A stretch of DNA of 64,000 nt from an uncultured Acidobacteriota bacterium (GTDB lineage: Bacteria > Acidobacteriota > Vicinamibacteria > Fen-336). The stretch is from assembly GCA_963720545.1 (NCBI GenBank), contig OY970399.1:2752001-2816000 (forward strand), written 5' to 3'. The number at the start of each line of letters is the position of its first letter. The first letter of the stretch is position 1. Position numbers and translations under genes: made by a program. The notes beneath the pieces were generated by a model, which did not search any database, was not told the DNA's origin, and was given only the letters and a program-made list of their open reading frames with translations. Below, piece after piece: positions 40,543 to 50,008 of the stretch.

Positions 40543-41055
40543 TCATTTGAAGTTCTGCACGAACTCCAGTCCATTCTGGTCCTTGCCATGCGCGTCGGCC
40601 GCGCCGTCCAGGTCGATGTCATAGGCGAGCACCGCCCCGGGCAGCGACAGGTCGCCCGCGGAGAGGGTGAACGGCGTGTTCGCCGACGCAAAGAGCACGA
40701 CGCCGCCACCCGCCGCGGCGCTCACCTTGAGCGTCACCGTCGCGGTGCCAACGCGATAGGCCGCGCCGCGCAGCTTCCCCCAGTACTGCCATCCGGTCCA
40801 GCGTGGCGCATCCTTCAATGCCAGAGCGCAGCGCAAATTCCCCGATTCGCACGTGAAGGCGGTGTTGACCGCGTCGAGCTCCCAGCGCGCGCGCGCAGTC
40901 GCTGGCGGCGCCGGCGGCGGCGGCGTGCGCACGCCCTTGATGATGATCCTGGGCCCAGGGCTCAGGAATCGATCGAGGACGCCCACGGCGGCCACCGTTA
41001 TGGCGACGACGACGATCGTCCGGACGGCAATGCGCAGGAACTGGCCAGCGTTCAT
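40543..41055 (-). CDS. Hypothetical membrane-anchored protein
   Basis: N-terminal TM, Pro-rich linker; ATGA overlap with kinase-TPR stop; AAGGA SD. Confidence 0.6.
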   Translation of the reverse strand: MNAGQFLRIAVRTIVVVAITVAAVGVLDRFLSPGPRIIIKGVRTPPPPAPPATARARWELDAVNTAFTCESGNLRCALALKDAPRWTGWQYWGKLRGAAYRVGTATVTLKVSAAAGGGVVLFASANTPFTLSAGDLSLPGAVLAYDIDLDGAADAHGKDQNGLEFVQNFK

Positions 41056-43818
41056 GGTTGCTTCCTTTCTTTCCCGAGGCGAAGGGCCGTCTGCGAGATG
41101 AGTTGTGCGGCGCGCTGCGCCGAGACGCGGCGGCCGGTGCGCGCCAGGTTGGGCTGCGCTTCCACCGCGGCCTGGTACGCTCCGGACGCATCGCCCTCGC
41201 GGTCGCGGTACTCGGCGACACGCAGGATGAGGGGTGCCGACAGGTAGTCGTCCGTGTGCTGCCGCGCCCATTGCAAGGCGCCGGCTGCGAGTTGCGCGCC
41301 CGCACGGCCCGGGCCGAGCGCGTGCGCGAGTTCCAGGTTGAGGCGCATCAGTTCACCTGCGTCTTCGGGCAGCGCCAGCGCTATGGCGCGCCGGTAGAGT
41401 GCCGCCGCCTCGGTTTGCCGTCCGCCACCGGCGGCGCGCTCGGCATCGACCGCGAGCACCCGCGACTCGAGGCCCGCGCCGCCCAGCGCGCCCAGGTCGG
41501 CGGCGCGCAGCTTCGTAAGCGGCTCGTCGGCGCTGCGGCCGAGGCGCAGCAGCGCCTGCGCCTGCGTGAGCAGCGATTCGGCTCGGTCGGCGAGGGCGCC
41601 GTGTGCTTCGTAATACGCAATCGCGGCGCCGGCCGGCGCGAGCGCTTCGGCGAAGCGCTCGGCGCGGACCAGTGTGGCCGCGAGCTGCGCCTGCGCGCCG
41701 GCCGCGAGCGAACGGTCGCCGGCCGCCGCCGCGGCCGCGAGCTGCGCCTCGAACGCCGCCACCGCCTTTGCGAAATCGCCGCGCGCCGTGCTCACCTGGC
41801 CCAGCAGCTGGCGGGCCATGGCCGCCTCGCGGCGGAAGCCGTTGCCCTCGTAGAACGGCAGCGCGCGTTCGATGCGCGGCTGCGCGTCCGCGGCCTTGCC
41901 CTCCTGGATGTCGAGGCTCGCGAGCGACAACAGCGCGCGCGCCTCGGTGCGGCGGTTCGACATGCGCCCGGCCGAATCGAGGGCGCTCTCGAACAGCCGC
42001 CGTGCCTCGCCGTACTCGCCGCGCTGGAAGGACACGTTGCCGAGGTTGATGAGCCCGCCCGCGAGCAGCGCCGGCATGCCGCGGCCGAGCCGCATGCCGT
42101 CCTCGGCCAGCGTCCGCGCCGCGGCCGTGTCGCCCAGGGTGGCGCGCACGCTGGCGAGGCGCAGCAGCGAGCGCGCCTGCTGGTTGGCGTTGCCCAGTTC
42201 GCGCGCCAGCGCCAGCGAACGCTCGAGCTCGCGCTGCGCATCCTTTGGGCGATCGACGTCGTCATAGAGCGCGCCGCGCCGATAGGCAACCTCGGCGACG
42301 CCCTCGGCGTTGCTCGCCGCCTGGTAGAGAGCTTCGGCGCGCGCGTACGCCTGCATGGCGTGCTCGAGCTCGCGCCTCTTGCCGGCGACCTGGCCCAGGC
42401 CGAGGAACGCGGCGGGCGACTGCGGGTCGAGGACCGAGGCGCGCTCGTAGCTGCGCGCGGCGGCCGCGAGATCGTCGTTCGCCTCATGCGCACGGCCGAC
42501 ATCGACCTGCGCGAACGCCACCTGCGGGTGCAGCGCCGCCAGCTGCCCGTAGCTGGATGCCGCATCGGCGAAGCGGCGCGTGACCATCGCACGGATCGCG
42601 TCGAGAGCCAGCGAGTCTTCGCGCGGCAGCGCGCTCAGGTCGGGAACCAGCTCCTGCACGTGCAGCAGCGAGTCGCGCGCGCGGTCGTCGTCGAGCTCGG
42701 CACGCGCCTCGGCGAGTCGCGCGTGCGCCAGCGGATACGCGTCATGGAGCGCCACCGCCTGCTCGAAGCGTTTCGCGGCGGTCAGGTACGAGCCTTCGCG
42801 CAGCGCGGTGGCGCCGCGCTCGAACCAGCCTTGCGCGTCGGCAGGAATCGCGGCGAGCGGCGCGCGCGGCGCCTGGTGCCTGAATACCAGGAGCGCCGCA
42901 ACCGCGAGCGCGACGCGCTCCGGCGGCCAGTGCCGCCAGGAGCCTGCGGCGCGGCCGGGGCGCCACGCTGCGCCGCCCGGAGATCGAAGCGGAGGTGAGC
43001 GTGCGGTCGAGCTTGCGCAGGTCGCGTTCGAGATCGGCGGCCGACTGGTAACGAGTGCGCGGATCGGTCGCCATCGCCCGCGCCACCACCGCGGCCACAG
43101 CCTCCGGCACCTCGGGGTTCCTCTCGCTGGCGCGCGGCGGTGTGCCGCCGGCGAGGACGTCCGGCCAGGAAACCCCGTGCTGGCCGTACGGGCTCGACGC
43201 GGTGAGCATCTCGAAGAGCATCACGCCGACGCTGTAGACGTCGCTGAGCGCGCTGGGCTCGGCGCCCTCGAAAAGCTCCGGCGCGATGTAGGCGGGCGTG
43301 CCGGCGAGGCGCATGCGCTGCCCCTGTGACGGCGTCAGCTTGCCGTCCGAGAGGGACATCGCGAGGCCGAAGTCGAGGATCTTGGCCTGGCCCGCCGGGG
43401 TCACGATCACGTTCGACGGCTTGAGGTCGCGGTGGATGACTCCCAGCTCGTGGGCGTGCGCGACGGCGCCCGCGAGCTGCGCGCCGAGGCTGGCGGCACG
43501 GTCCACCGTGAGCGGGCCGCGCGACACCAGCGCCTGCAGGGTCTCGCCGGGGACGTACTCCATGATGATGCAGGTGCGCGGTCCGTCGACCACGATGTCG
43601 TGGATCGCGGCTATGTTCGGGTGCTTGAGGTTGGCGGCCGCCTGCGCCTCCTGGAGCGCGCGCACCGCTTTTTCCTCGGAGTCGGCCTTGGCGGAGACGA
43701 AGGTCTTGAGCGCGACCCGGCGGTGCAGGCGGCTGTCATGCGCCAGGTACACCTGGCCCATCCCGCCCTCGCCGAGTTTTTCGATGATTTCGTAAGGACC
43801 GACCCACGAGCCGAGCAT
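41052..43818 (-). pseudogene. Ser/Thr kinase-TM-TPR protein, frameshift near 42915 (real or sequencing error)
   Basis: Kinase motifs LGEGGMGQV, VALK, HRDLKPSN, DFG, APE in 42742-43818; TM (VALAVAALLVF) and TPRs continue in the frame of 41052-42755. Confidence 0.8.
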
Positions 43819-43892
43819 CGCAGGGAGCGTCGAAGCGTAGCACGCGGGTGTGGCGCGGAGGCGCCCGATGCGCAGCCGATAGAATCGCCGGC

Positions 43893-45017
43893 GTGAACCC
43901 TTTCGACGGCAAGCTCTGGCTGGCGCCGCTCACCTTTGGCGGCAACCTGCCGTTCCGCCGGCTGTGCGTCGGGTTCGGTGCCGAGGTGACGGTGGGCGAG
44001 ATGGCGGTGGTGCGCAAGCTGCTGCAGCGGCGCCAGGCGGAGTACGCGCTGCTGCGCAGCCACCCGAGCGAGGCGATGTTCGGCGCGCAGCTCGCCGACC
44101 GCGACGCAGGCACGCTGGCGGAGGGTGCCCGCATCGCCGCCGGCAGGGGTGCGCGCTTCATCGACCTCAACTGCGGCTGCCCGATCTTCGAGTTCACGCG
44201 CCGCGGCCTCGGCTCGGGCCTGCTGCTGAAGCCGCGCAAGATCGCCGGGCTGGTGGCGGCGATGAAGGCGGCGGTGGACGTGCCGGTCACGGTGAAGCTG
44301 CGCCTCGGCTACAGCGACGACAAGCGCAACGTCTCCGAGGTGGCGCGGCTCGCAGAGGAAGCCGGCGCCGCGGCCATCACCATCCACGGCCGCACCCGCG
44401 AGGCGCGCTACTCGAAGGCCGCCGACTGGGATGCGATCGGCGCGGTGGCGGCTGAGCGCTCGGTGCCGGTGATCGGCAACGGCGACATCCTCACCTGCTA
44501 CGAAGCGCGCGACCGCATGGCGCGCGCCGGTGTCCGCTCGGTGATGCTGGCGCGCGGCGCGCTCATCAAGCCCTGGCTGTTCCGCGAGATCCACGAGAAC
44601 CGCACCTGGCTGCCGACGCCTCGCGAGCGGCTGGGCGTGCTGTGGCAGTTTCTCGGCCTGCTGCTCGAGCACTTCGGCGCCGACGAGCGCGGCCGCGTGC
44701 GCGTGCGCCAGTTCCTCGCATGGCACCTCGGCTTCTTCCACCGCTATCGTCCGCTGCCGGAAGAGGAGCACCTCGAGGCCTCGCGCGCGCACCCGCTGCT
44801 GCAGACGCGCCAGGACCTGGGTGAGGGCCTCGAGCCGCTCGAGGCACTCTTGCGCGATGCGCGCCCCGCCGTTCACGAGCGGTTGGCGGACGCGCTGCTT
44901 GGCAGTGCCAGCTTCACGGAAGCCATCGAGCGCGCCGCTGCGGTAGACCGCGGCGGCGACACGCCCGCTGGCGACGAGCGGGACAGCGAGCCGTCCGCCC
45001 GCCTTATCGCGGGCTAG
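43893..45017 (+). CDS. tRNA-dihydrouridine synthase (Dus3-like)
   Basis: LAPLTFGGNLPFRR, DLNCGCP, VTVKLR, IHGRTR, IGNGDI, MLARGALIKPW. Confidence 0.92.
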   Translation: MNPFDGKLWLAPLTFGGNLPFRRLCVGFGAEVTVGEMAVVRKLLQRRQAEYALLRSHPSEAMFGAQLADRDAGTLAEGARIAAGRGARFIDLNCGCPIFEFTRRGLGSGLLLKPRKIAGLVAAMKAAVDVPVTVKLRLGYSDDKRNVSEVARLAEEAGAAAITIHGRTREARYSKAADWDAIGAVAAERSVPVIGNGDILTCYEARDRMARAGVRSVMLARGALIKPWLFREIHENRTWLPTPRERLGVLWQFLGLLLEHFGADERGRVRVRQFLAWHLGFFHRYRPLPEEEHLEASRAHPLLQTRQDLGEGLEPLEALLRDARPAVHERLADALLGSASFTEAIERAAAVDRGGDTPAGDERDSEPSARLIAG

Positions 45018-47544
45018 CAGCGGCGGCGAGCTTGCGCAGTTCCTCGTCGGCGTAGCCTACCCAGCGGTTCGCGGTGTCGCCGGTGCCGAGGATCGCCGCG
45101 CGGCCGGCGGTCAGCAGCGGCTCGCCTTCGGCGCGGCGGCCCTGCTCGGCGAGCGCCCGGCCCAGCGCCACCTGCGACTCGCCGATCCCCGCGCGATCGT
45201 CCTTCTTCACCCGCTGCCGGATGTCGAGGCACTCGCGCGCCAGCTTCTCGGTGCGTGGCCAGTCCTTGAGGACCGCGGTCGTCATCGCCCAGTTGCAGAG
45301 CGAGGTGGCGACATCCGGATGGTCGTTGCCCAGCTCCTTGCGGAAGCGCGGCACCGCGTTCTCGTAGGCGGCGTCGGCTGCGCGCGGGTCGCCGGCGCGC
45401 ATTGCGACGGTGGCGGTGTTGAGCATGGTGCGGGTCACGGCGGGGTGGTTCTCGCCGAGCACCTTGCGCCGCATCGCCAGGACCTCGCCGAGCACCGCCT
45501 GCGTCTCCTTGTATCGCGCGTTGCGGAAGTAGACGCCGCCCAGGTTCTCCATGACGATCGCGACTTCCGGGTGCTCCTCGCCGTAGGCGCGCCGGGTCAC
45601 CGCCAGCGCTTCCTTGTAAAGGCGCTCGGCGCTGTCGAGCTGGTTGAGGTTGAGGTTCGCGATCGCGAGGTCGTTGAGGGCGAGCGCGACATCGGGATGG
45701 TCCGGGCCCAGGGCCGCGCGGCGGATCGCGAGCGACTGCTCGATCATCGTCGCCGCGCGCTTCCAGTCGCCCTTGCCCTGACCGGCGATGTTGCCAGCGA
45801 GCTGCAAGGTCTGGCCGACTTCGCGGCTGCCTTCGCCGAGCGCCTTCCTCTGCAGCGCCAGCGCCTGGTCGGCGGCGGCAGCCGCCTCGTCGTACTTGCC
45901 GCGATCGAACAGCACGGTCGCGAGCGCCACCTCGCCAGCGCCGATCTGGGCATCGCCTTGCGCGTAACGCTGCCGTCGGATCGCCAGCGACTCGCGCGCC
46001 ATCGTTTCCGCTTCCTCGTGGCGCCCCTGGCGCAGCGACAGGTCGGCGAGCGCCGTGAGTGTCTCCGCCACTTCCTCGTGCGCGGGGCCGAGCGCCGCCT
46101 TTTCCTCCGCGAGCGCCTTGCGCAGCAGTGGCTCGGCCTCCTGGTAGCGGCCGAGGCTCGCGTAGGTGCGGCCGATGGTGCGCCGCGCCGCGGCCGCGAG
46201 CAGCGGCTGCGCGCCGAACGAGCTGTCGATCTTGCGCGACGAATCCTGCAACGCCTCGAGCACCGTGATGTTGCGCTGGCCGGTCTGCGACGGGTCGGCC
46301 GAGCGCAGCATCTCCTGCAGGAAAGCGTTCATCGCGGTGGCCTTCGCCATCTCCACCTCGGCGCGGTCGCGTTCCCGCGCGATGCGCCGCGCCTGCACCG
46401 CGGCTGTGAACGCCGAGCCCACGACCAGCAGGCTCAGCACCGCGGCGAAGGCGACGCCGGCGCGGTGGCGGCGCACGAACCGGCTCATGCGGTAGGTGGT
46501 CGTCGGCGGCCGCGCCGTGACCGGCTCGTTGTTCAGGTGGCGGCGCAGGTCGAGGGCGAACGCGTTCGCGGTTTCGTAGCGCTCGGCGCGTTCGCGGCTC
46601 ATCGCCTTGAGCGTGATCCAGTCGAGGTCGCCCTTGACCTGCCGACTGAGGGAGCCCGGATCGGTGTGGCGCTGCGCGGCAATCTGCGTGCTGCGCTCAT
46701 CGGTGGTCGCGAGCCGTGAGCTGGGCGTCGCCGCATCGGTCTCGCGCAGGATCTTGTGGCCCTCGCTGCCGGCGCGCGCCAGGAGCCGCGGGTCGAACGG
46801 ATAGGCGCCGGTGAGCAGGAAGTAGAGCATCACGCCGAGGCTGTAGATGTCGGTGCGGGTGTCGATGTCGAGGCCGGTGAGCTCGTACTGCTCCGGGCTC
46901 ATGAACGCCGGCGTGCCCAGCACCTGGCCGATCTGGGTGACGAGCGTCGCGTCGCTGAGGCGGCGTTCGGTGGCCTTGGCGATGCCGAAGTCGATGACCT
47001 TCGGCTGCGCCTTGCCGTCCTGCATCATCACCAGCACGTTGCTCGGCTTGAGGTCGCGGTGAATGACGCCCTTCTGGTGGGCGTGCTGCACCGCATGGCA
47101 GACGCCGATGAACAGCTCGACGCGCTCGCGGGTGGTGAGGCGGTTGAGGTCGCAGTAGTCGGTGATCGGGATGCCCTGCACCAGCTCCATGACGAAGTAG
47201 GGAAGCCCGTTGTCCGCGACCGCGCCGTCGAACACCTTGGCGATGCCGGGATGGTCCATCACCGCGAGCGCCTGGCGCTCGGTCTCGAAGCGTCCCACCA
47301 CCTGCTTGGTGTCGAGCCCGGCCTTCATGATCTTGAGCGCGACGCGGCGGCGCACCGGCTCGCGCTGCTCTGCCATGTAGACGACGCCCATGCCGCCTTC
47401 GCCGAGCACCTGCAGGATGCGGTAGGCGCCGATCCACTCGGGGTGCTTCGCCGCCGCAACCGGCGGCGGCGTGGGCGCGTCGGGGCCAGCGGCGCGTGTC
47501 GCGGTGTCGTGCTCGCGACCCTTCGGCTTGTTCTCGGTGTTCAT
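45004..47544 (-). CDS. Ser/Thr protein kinase with TM and kinesin-light-chain-type TPR repeats
   Basis: LGEGGMGVV, VALK, HRDLKPSN, DFGIAK, GTPAFMSPEQ; repeated LG..HP.VA units. Confidence 0.95.
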   Translation of the reverse strand: MNTENKPKGREHDTATRAAGPDAPTPPPVAAAKHPEWIGAYRILQVLGEGGMGVVYMAEQREPVRRRVALKIMKAGLDTKQVVGRFETERQALAVMDHPGIAKVFDGAVADNGLPYFVMELVQGIPITDYCDLNRLTTRERVELFIGVCHAVQHAHQKGVIHRDLKPSNVLVMMQDGKAQPKVIDFGIAKATERRLSDATLVTQIGQVLGTPAFMSPEQYELTGLDIDTRTDIYSLGVMLYFLLTGAYPFDPRLLARAGSEGHKILRETDAATPSSRLATTDERSTQIAAQRHTDPGSLSRQVKGDLDWITLKAMSRERAERYETANAFALDLRRHLNNEPVTARPPTTTYRMSRFVRRHRAGVAFAAVLSLLVVGSAFTAAVQARRIARERDRAEVEMAKATAMNAFLQEMLRSADPSQTGQRNITVLEALQDSSRKIDSSFGAQPLLAAAARRTIGRTYASLGRYQEAEPLLRKALAEEKAALGPAHEEVAETLTALADLSLRQGRHEEAETMARESLAIRRQRYAQGDAQIGAGEVALATVLFDRGKYDEAAAAADQALALQRKALGEGSREVGQTLQLAGNIAGQGKGDWKRAATMIEQSLAIRRAALGPDHPDVALALNDLAIANLNLNQLDSAERLYKEALAVTRRAYGEEHPEVAIVMENLGGVYFRNARYKETQAVLGEVLAMRRKVLGENHPAVTRTMLNTATVAMRAGDPRAADAAYENAVPRFRKELGNDHPDVATSLCNWAMTTAVLKDWPRTEKLARECLDIRQRVKKDDRAGIGESQVALGRALAEQGRRAEGEPLLTAGRAAILGTGDTANRWVGYADEELRKLAAAASPR

Positions 47545-47669
47545 CGACCCGGGCGCATCGTACAAGCAATCGTCACTGCACCCAGCATACGATTCATGGT
47601 GGTGTTCAAGTTGCCCAACCCCAACATTGTGGGCTCGAAGGCCTTCGGGCTGGGCGATAATGGTTGGCG

Positions 47670-48611
47670 ATGCTTTTTGCTCCGGCCCGTTTCATCCAGG
47701 GCGCCAACCTGCCCTGGATGCTCTACGGATGCGACTTTGGCGCGAATCCCTGGTATCCGGAGGGTGGCATCGCCGTGCCCGAACGGACCCGCCAGCTCGA
47801 CGAAGTCGTGGCGCGGCTCGCCGCACGCGGCATCGAGGCGCTGCGCTGGTTCGCGCTTTGCGACCTGCGCTCGGGCGTGCGCTTCGACAGCCACGGAACG
47901 CCGCTGGGACTCGACGCGTTCGTCGCCGCCGACATGGAAGCGGCGCTGCAGGTGCTCGACCGCCACAACGTCAAGGTGATCTTCTCGCTCTTCGACTTCC
48001 ATCTCTGCGGGCGCCGCCAGGTGCAGCAGGGCGTGCAGCTCGGCGGCCGGCGCACGCTCGTGACCGCGGCGGCCCGCCGGCGCGCGCTGGTCGGTACGGT
48101 GGTCGCACCCATCCTGCAGCGCTTCGGCAACGAGCCGTCGGTCCTCGCTTGGGAAGTGATGAACGAACCCGAATGGGTGACCTCCGGCTACGGCCGCGCC
48201 ATCCTCGGCCTGCGGGTGTCGCGCGCCGACATGCGCGCGTTCCTCGGCGCCGTGACCGACGCGGTTCACGAGCACACCGGGCGGCCCGCCACTGTCGGCT
48301 GCGCCAGCCGCAAGTGGCTCGACCTCGTGGACGGCCTCGGGCTCGACCTGCACCAGGTGCACTGGTACGACAAGATCGATTCGCTCGACGCGCTGCGCCA
48401 TCCGGTCGCCGAGTGGGCCGGTGGCATGTCCGCGCTGCTCGGCGAGTTCCCGACCCGCGGGTCCGCGCACCAGGCGCCGCTGCTGGCCGAGGCCGCGCGC
48501 GCCGCCGGCTTCAGCGGCGCCTTCGCGTGGTCGGCGATGAGCAGCGACGAAGCCTCGGACGGAGCCGCGGTCGAAACCCTGTATCCACAACCTCGCTATC
48601 ACGACGCCTGA
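47670..48611 (+). CDS. GH5-like (clan GH-A) glycoside hydrolase
   Basis: GANLPW..YG.DFG, LRWF..CD, WEVMNEPEW acid/base, QVHWY, LLGEF nucleophile, AFAWS. Confidence 0.75.
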   Translation: MLFAPARFIQGANLPWMLYGCDFGANPWYPEGGIAVPERTRQLDEVVARLAARGIEALRWFALCDLRSGVRFDSHGTPLGLDAFVAADMEAALQVLDRHNVKVIFSLFDFHLCGRRQVQQGVQLGGRRTLVTAAARRRALVGTVVAPILQRFGNEPSVLAWEVMNEPEWVTSGYGRAILGLRVSRADMRAFLGAVTDAVHEHTGRPATVGCASRKWLDLVDGLGLDLHQVHWYDKIDSLDALRHPVAEWAGGMSALLGEFPTRGSAHQAPLLAEAARAAGFSGAFAWSAMSSDEASDGAAVETLYPQPRYHDA

Positions 48612-48651
48612 TTCATTCGCCTTGCTTCATTCCTGCAACTGGAGGTATTCG

Positions 48652-49425
48652 ATGCGTAACGCCCTACTGGCCGTCCTCGGCCTTGCCGCCCTTGCCGCCT
48701 CGGCCCCGCGCGCCGCGGCGCAGGTGATCGAACCCGCTCCCACGGTCTATCGCGGCGCCGCGGCGCCAGATGCCCCGACCTGGTCGGGCCAGCTGGACGC
48801 TTCGCTGCTCGCCGTCACCGGCAACAGCGACACTCGTGCGCTCGGCTTCGGCGCGGTGGCTTTCTACAACGCGAACCGCTGGCGGGTGGAAGCGAAGGGC
48901 AGCTTCACCTCGGCTGCCACCGACGGCATCGCCACCGCGCGCCGCACGCTCACCAGCCTGCGGGTCGAGCGCGACATCGGCACCTGGTGGGGCGTCTACG
49001 GCGGCCTCGGCTGGGCGCGCGACACCTTCGCCGGCTTCACTTCGCAGACGACCATCGAAGGCGGCGTGATGTACCGCGCGATCGTGCAGCCGCGCCACGT
49101 GCTGACGCTCTCGGGCGGCATCGCGCAGACCTTCGAGTCGCGGTTGCCGCCGGAGGCGAACGAGAACTTCCTCGGCGCCAAGGCCGGCCTCAACTACCGC
49201 TATCGCATCAGCGACAACGCCGAGTTCTTCGAGGACGCGGGCATGCTGTGGAACTTCGAGATCTCGAGCGACTGGCGCTTTACCAACTCCGCCGGCATCA
49301 CGGCGCAGGTGACGAAGAACATCGCCCTCAAGGTCGCGAACGAGCTGTTCTACCGCCACCAGCCGATCAGCGGCTTCGAGTCGACCGACTCGGTGCTGCG
49401 CGCCGGCATCGTCGCCAAGTTTTAG
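48652..49425 (+). CDS. DUF481 outer-membrane beta-barrel protein
   Basis: GGAGG SD; signal peptide; TGNSDT, RD.FAG; terminal F. Confidence 0.85.
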   Translation: MRNALLAVLGLAALAASAPRAAAQVIEPAPTVYRGAAAPDAPTWSGQLDASLLAVTGNSDTRALGFGAVAFYNANRWRVEAKGSFTSAATDGIATARRTLTSLRVERDIGTWWGVYGGLGWARDTFAGFTSQTTIEGGVMYRAIVQPRHVLTLSGGIAQTFESRLPPEANENFLGAKAGLNYRYRISDNAEFFEDAGMLWNFEISSDWRFTNSAGITAQVTKNIALKVANELFYRHQPISGFESTDSVLRAGIVAKF

Positions 49426-49436
49426 CGCGGGTTCGG

Positions 49437-49883
49437 CTACTCGGAACAGTTGCCGAGGCCGAGTCCCGTGGGAGCGAGCGCGGCAATCAGCGCCTGAAGG
49501 TCCGCGGGCAGCTCGGCGCCCTCGGTCCACGCGGCGGTCTCCTCCAGATCGCCGCGCCGCAAGGTCAGCGTCGCCGTCTTCATGTCGGCCGCGCCGCCGC
49601 GCGCCCAGCGCGACTGGTACTTCGCCTGCCACGCGTCGGGCGCAGCGTTCTTCACCGCGGCCGCGAGCGGCTCCTTCGCCGCCGCCGGTGTCTGTTGCCG
49701 GCACGTCACCCGCGCGCCTTCACCCTCGCCGGTGCGCCTTTCCATCGAACCGTCGGAGCGCAGCAGCACGGTGTCGGTACGGCCGGTGAAGCCGCCGGAG
49801 GTGGTGTAGGTGAGTGTCCAGGGGGCGTCGGTCGGGGCAGTGAGGGGGGTCGAGAGCATCAAAGAAAGAACGAGGATCTTCAC
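49437..49883 (-). CDS. Secreted protein resembling the M4-protease inhibitor emfourin
   Basis: Signal peptide; LTYTTSGGFTG; ADMK...LTL...LPADLQALIAAL; same strand downstream of M4 genes. Confidence 0.55.
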   Translation of the reverse strand: MKILVLSLMLSTPLTAPTDAPWTLTYTTSGGFTGRTDTVLLRSDGSMERRTGEGEGARVTCRQQTPAAAKEPLAAAVKNAAPDAWQAKYQSRWARGGAADMKTATLTLRRGDLEETAAWTEGAELPADLQALIAALAPTGLGLGNCSE

Positions 49884-49898
49884 TGGGCGAGGATAACA

Positions 49899-49940
49899 AC
49901 AACGGACAACGAACAACGGACAAAGAACTATGAACAACGA
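49899..49940. repeat. Heptamer tandem repeat (ACAACGR)x6
   Basis: acaacgg acaacga acaacgg acaaaga actatga acaacga. Confidence 0.8.
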
Positions 49941-49941
49941 C

Positions 49942-50008
49942 AAAAGGAAAGGGGCTCCCTGGCGGGAGCCCCTAATTTACTAATCAGTCGGCGCCTGCGG
50001 CGCCGACT
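49942..50008 (-). terminator. Double hairpin / intrinsic terminator after M4 copy 1
   Basis: AGTCGGCGCC-tgc-GGCGCCGACT (49986-50008); AGGGGCTCCC-tggc-GGGAGCCCCT (49950-49973) followed by TTCCTTTT on the - strand. Confidence 0.85.

Noticed and set aside
49899..49940. Short repeats as a CRISPR array (also 53341-53387 and 36578-36990)
   Set aside because: These are contiguous 7-mers or inverted repeats with no unique spacers, and there are no cas genes in the window
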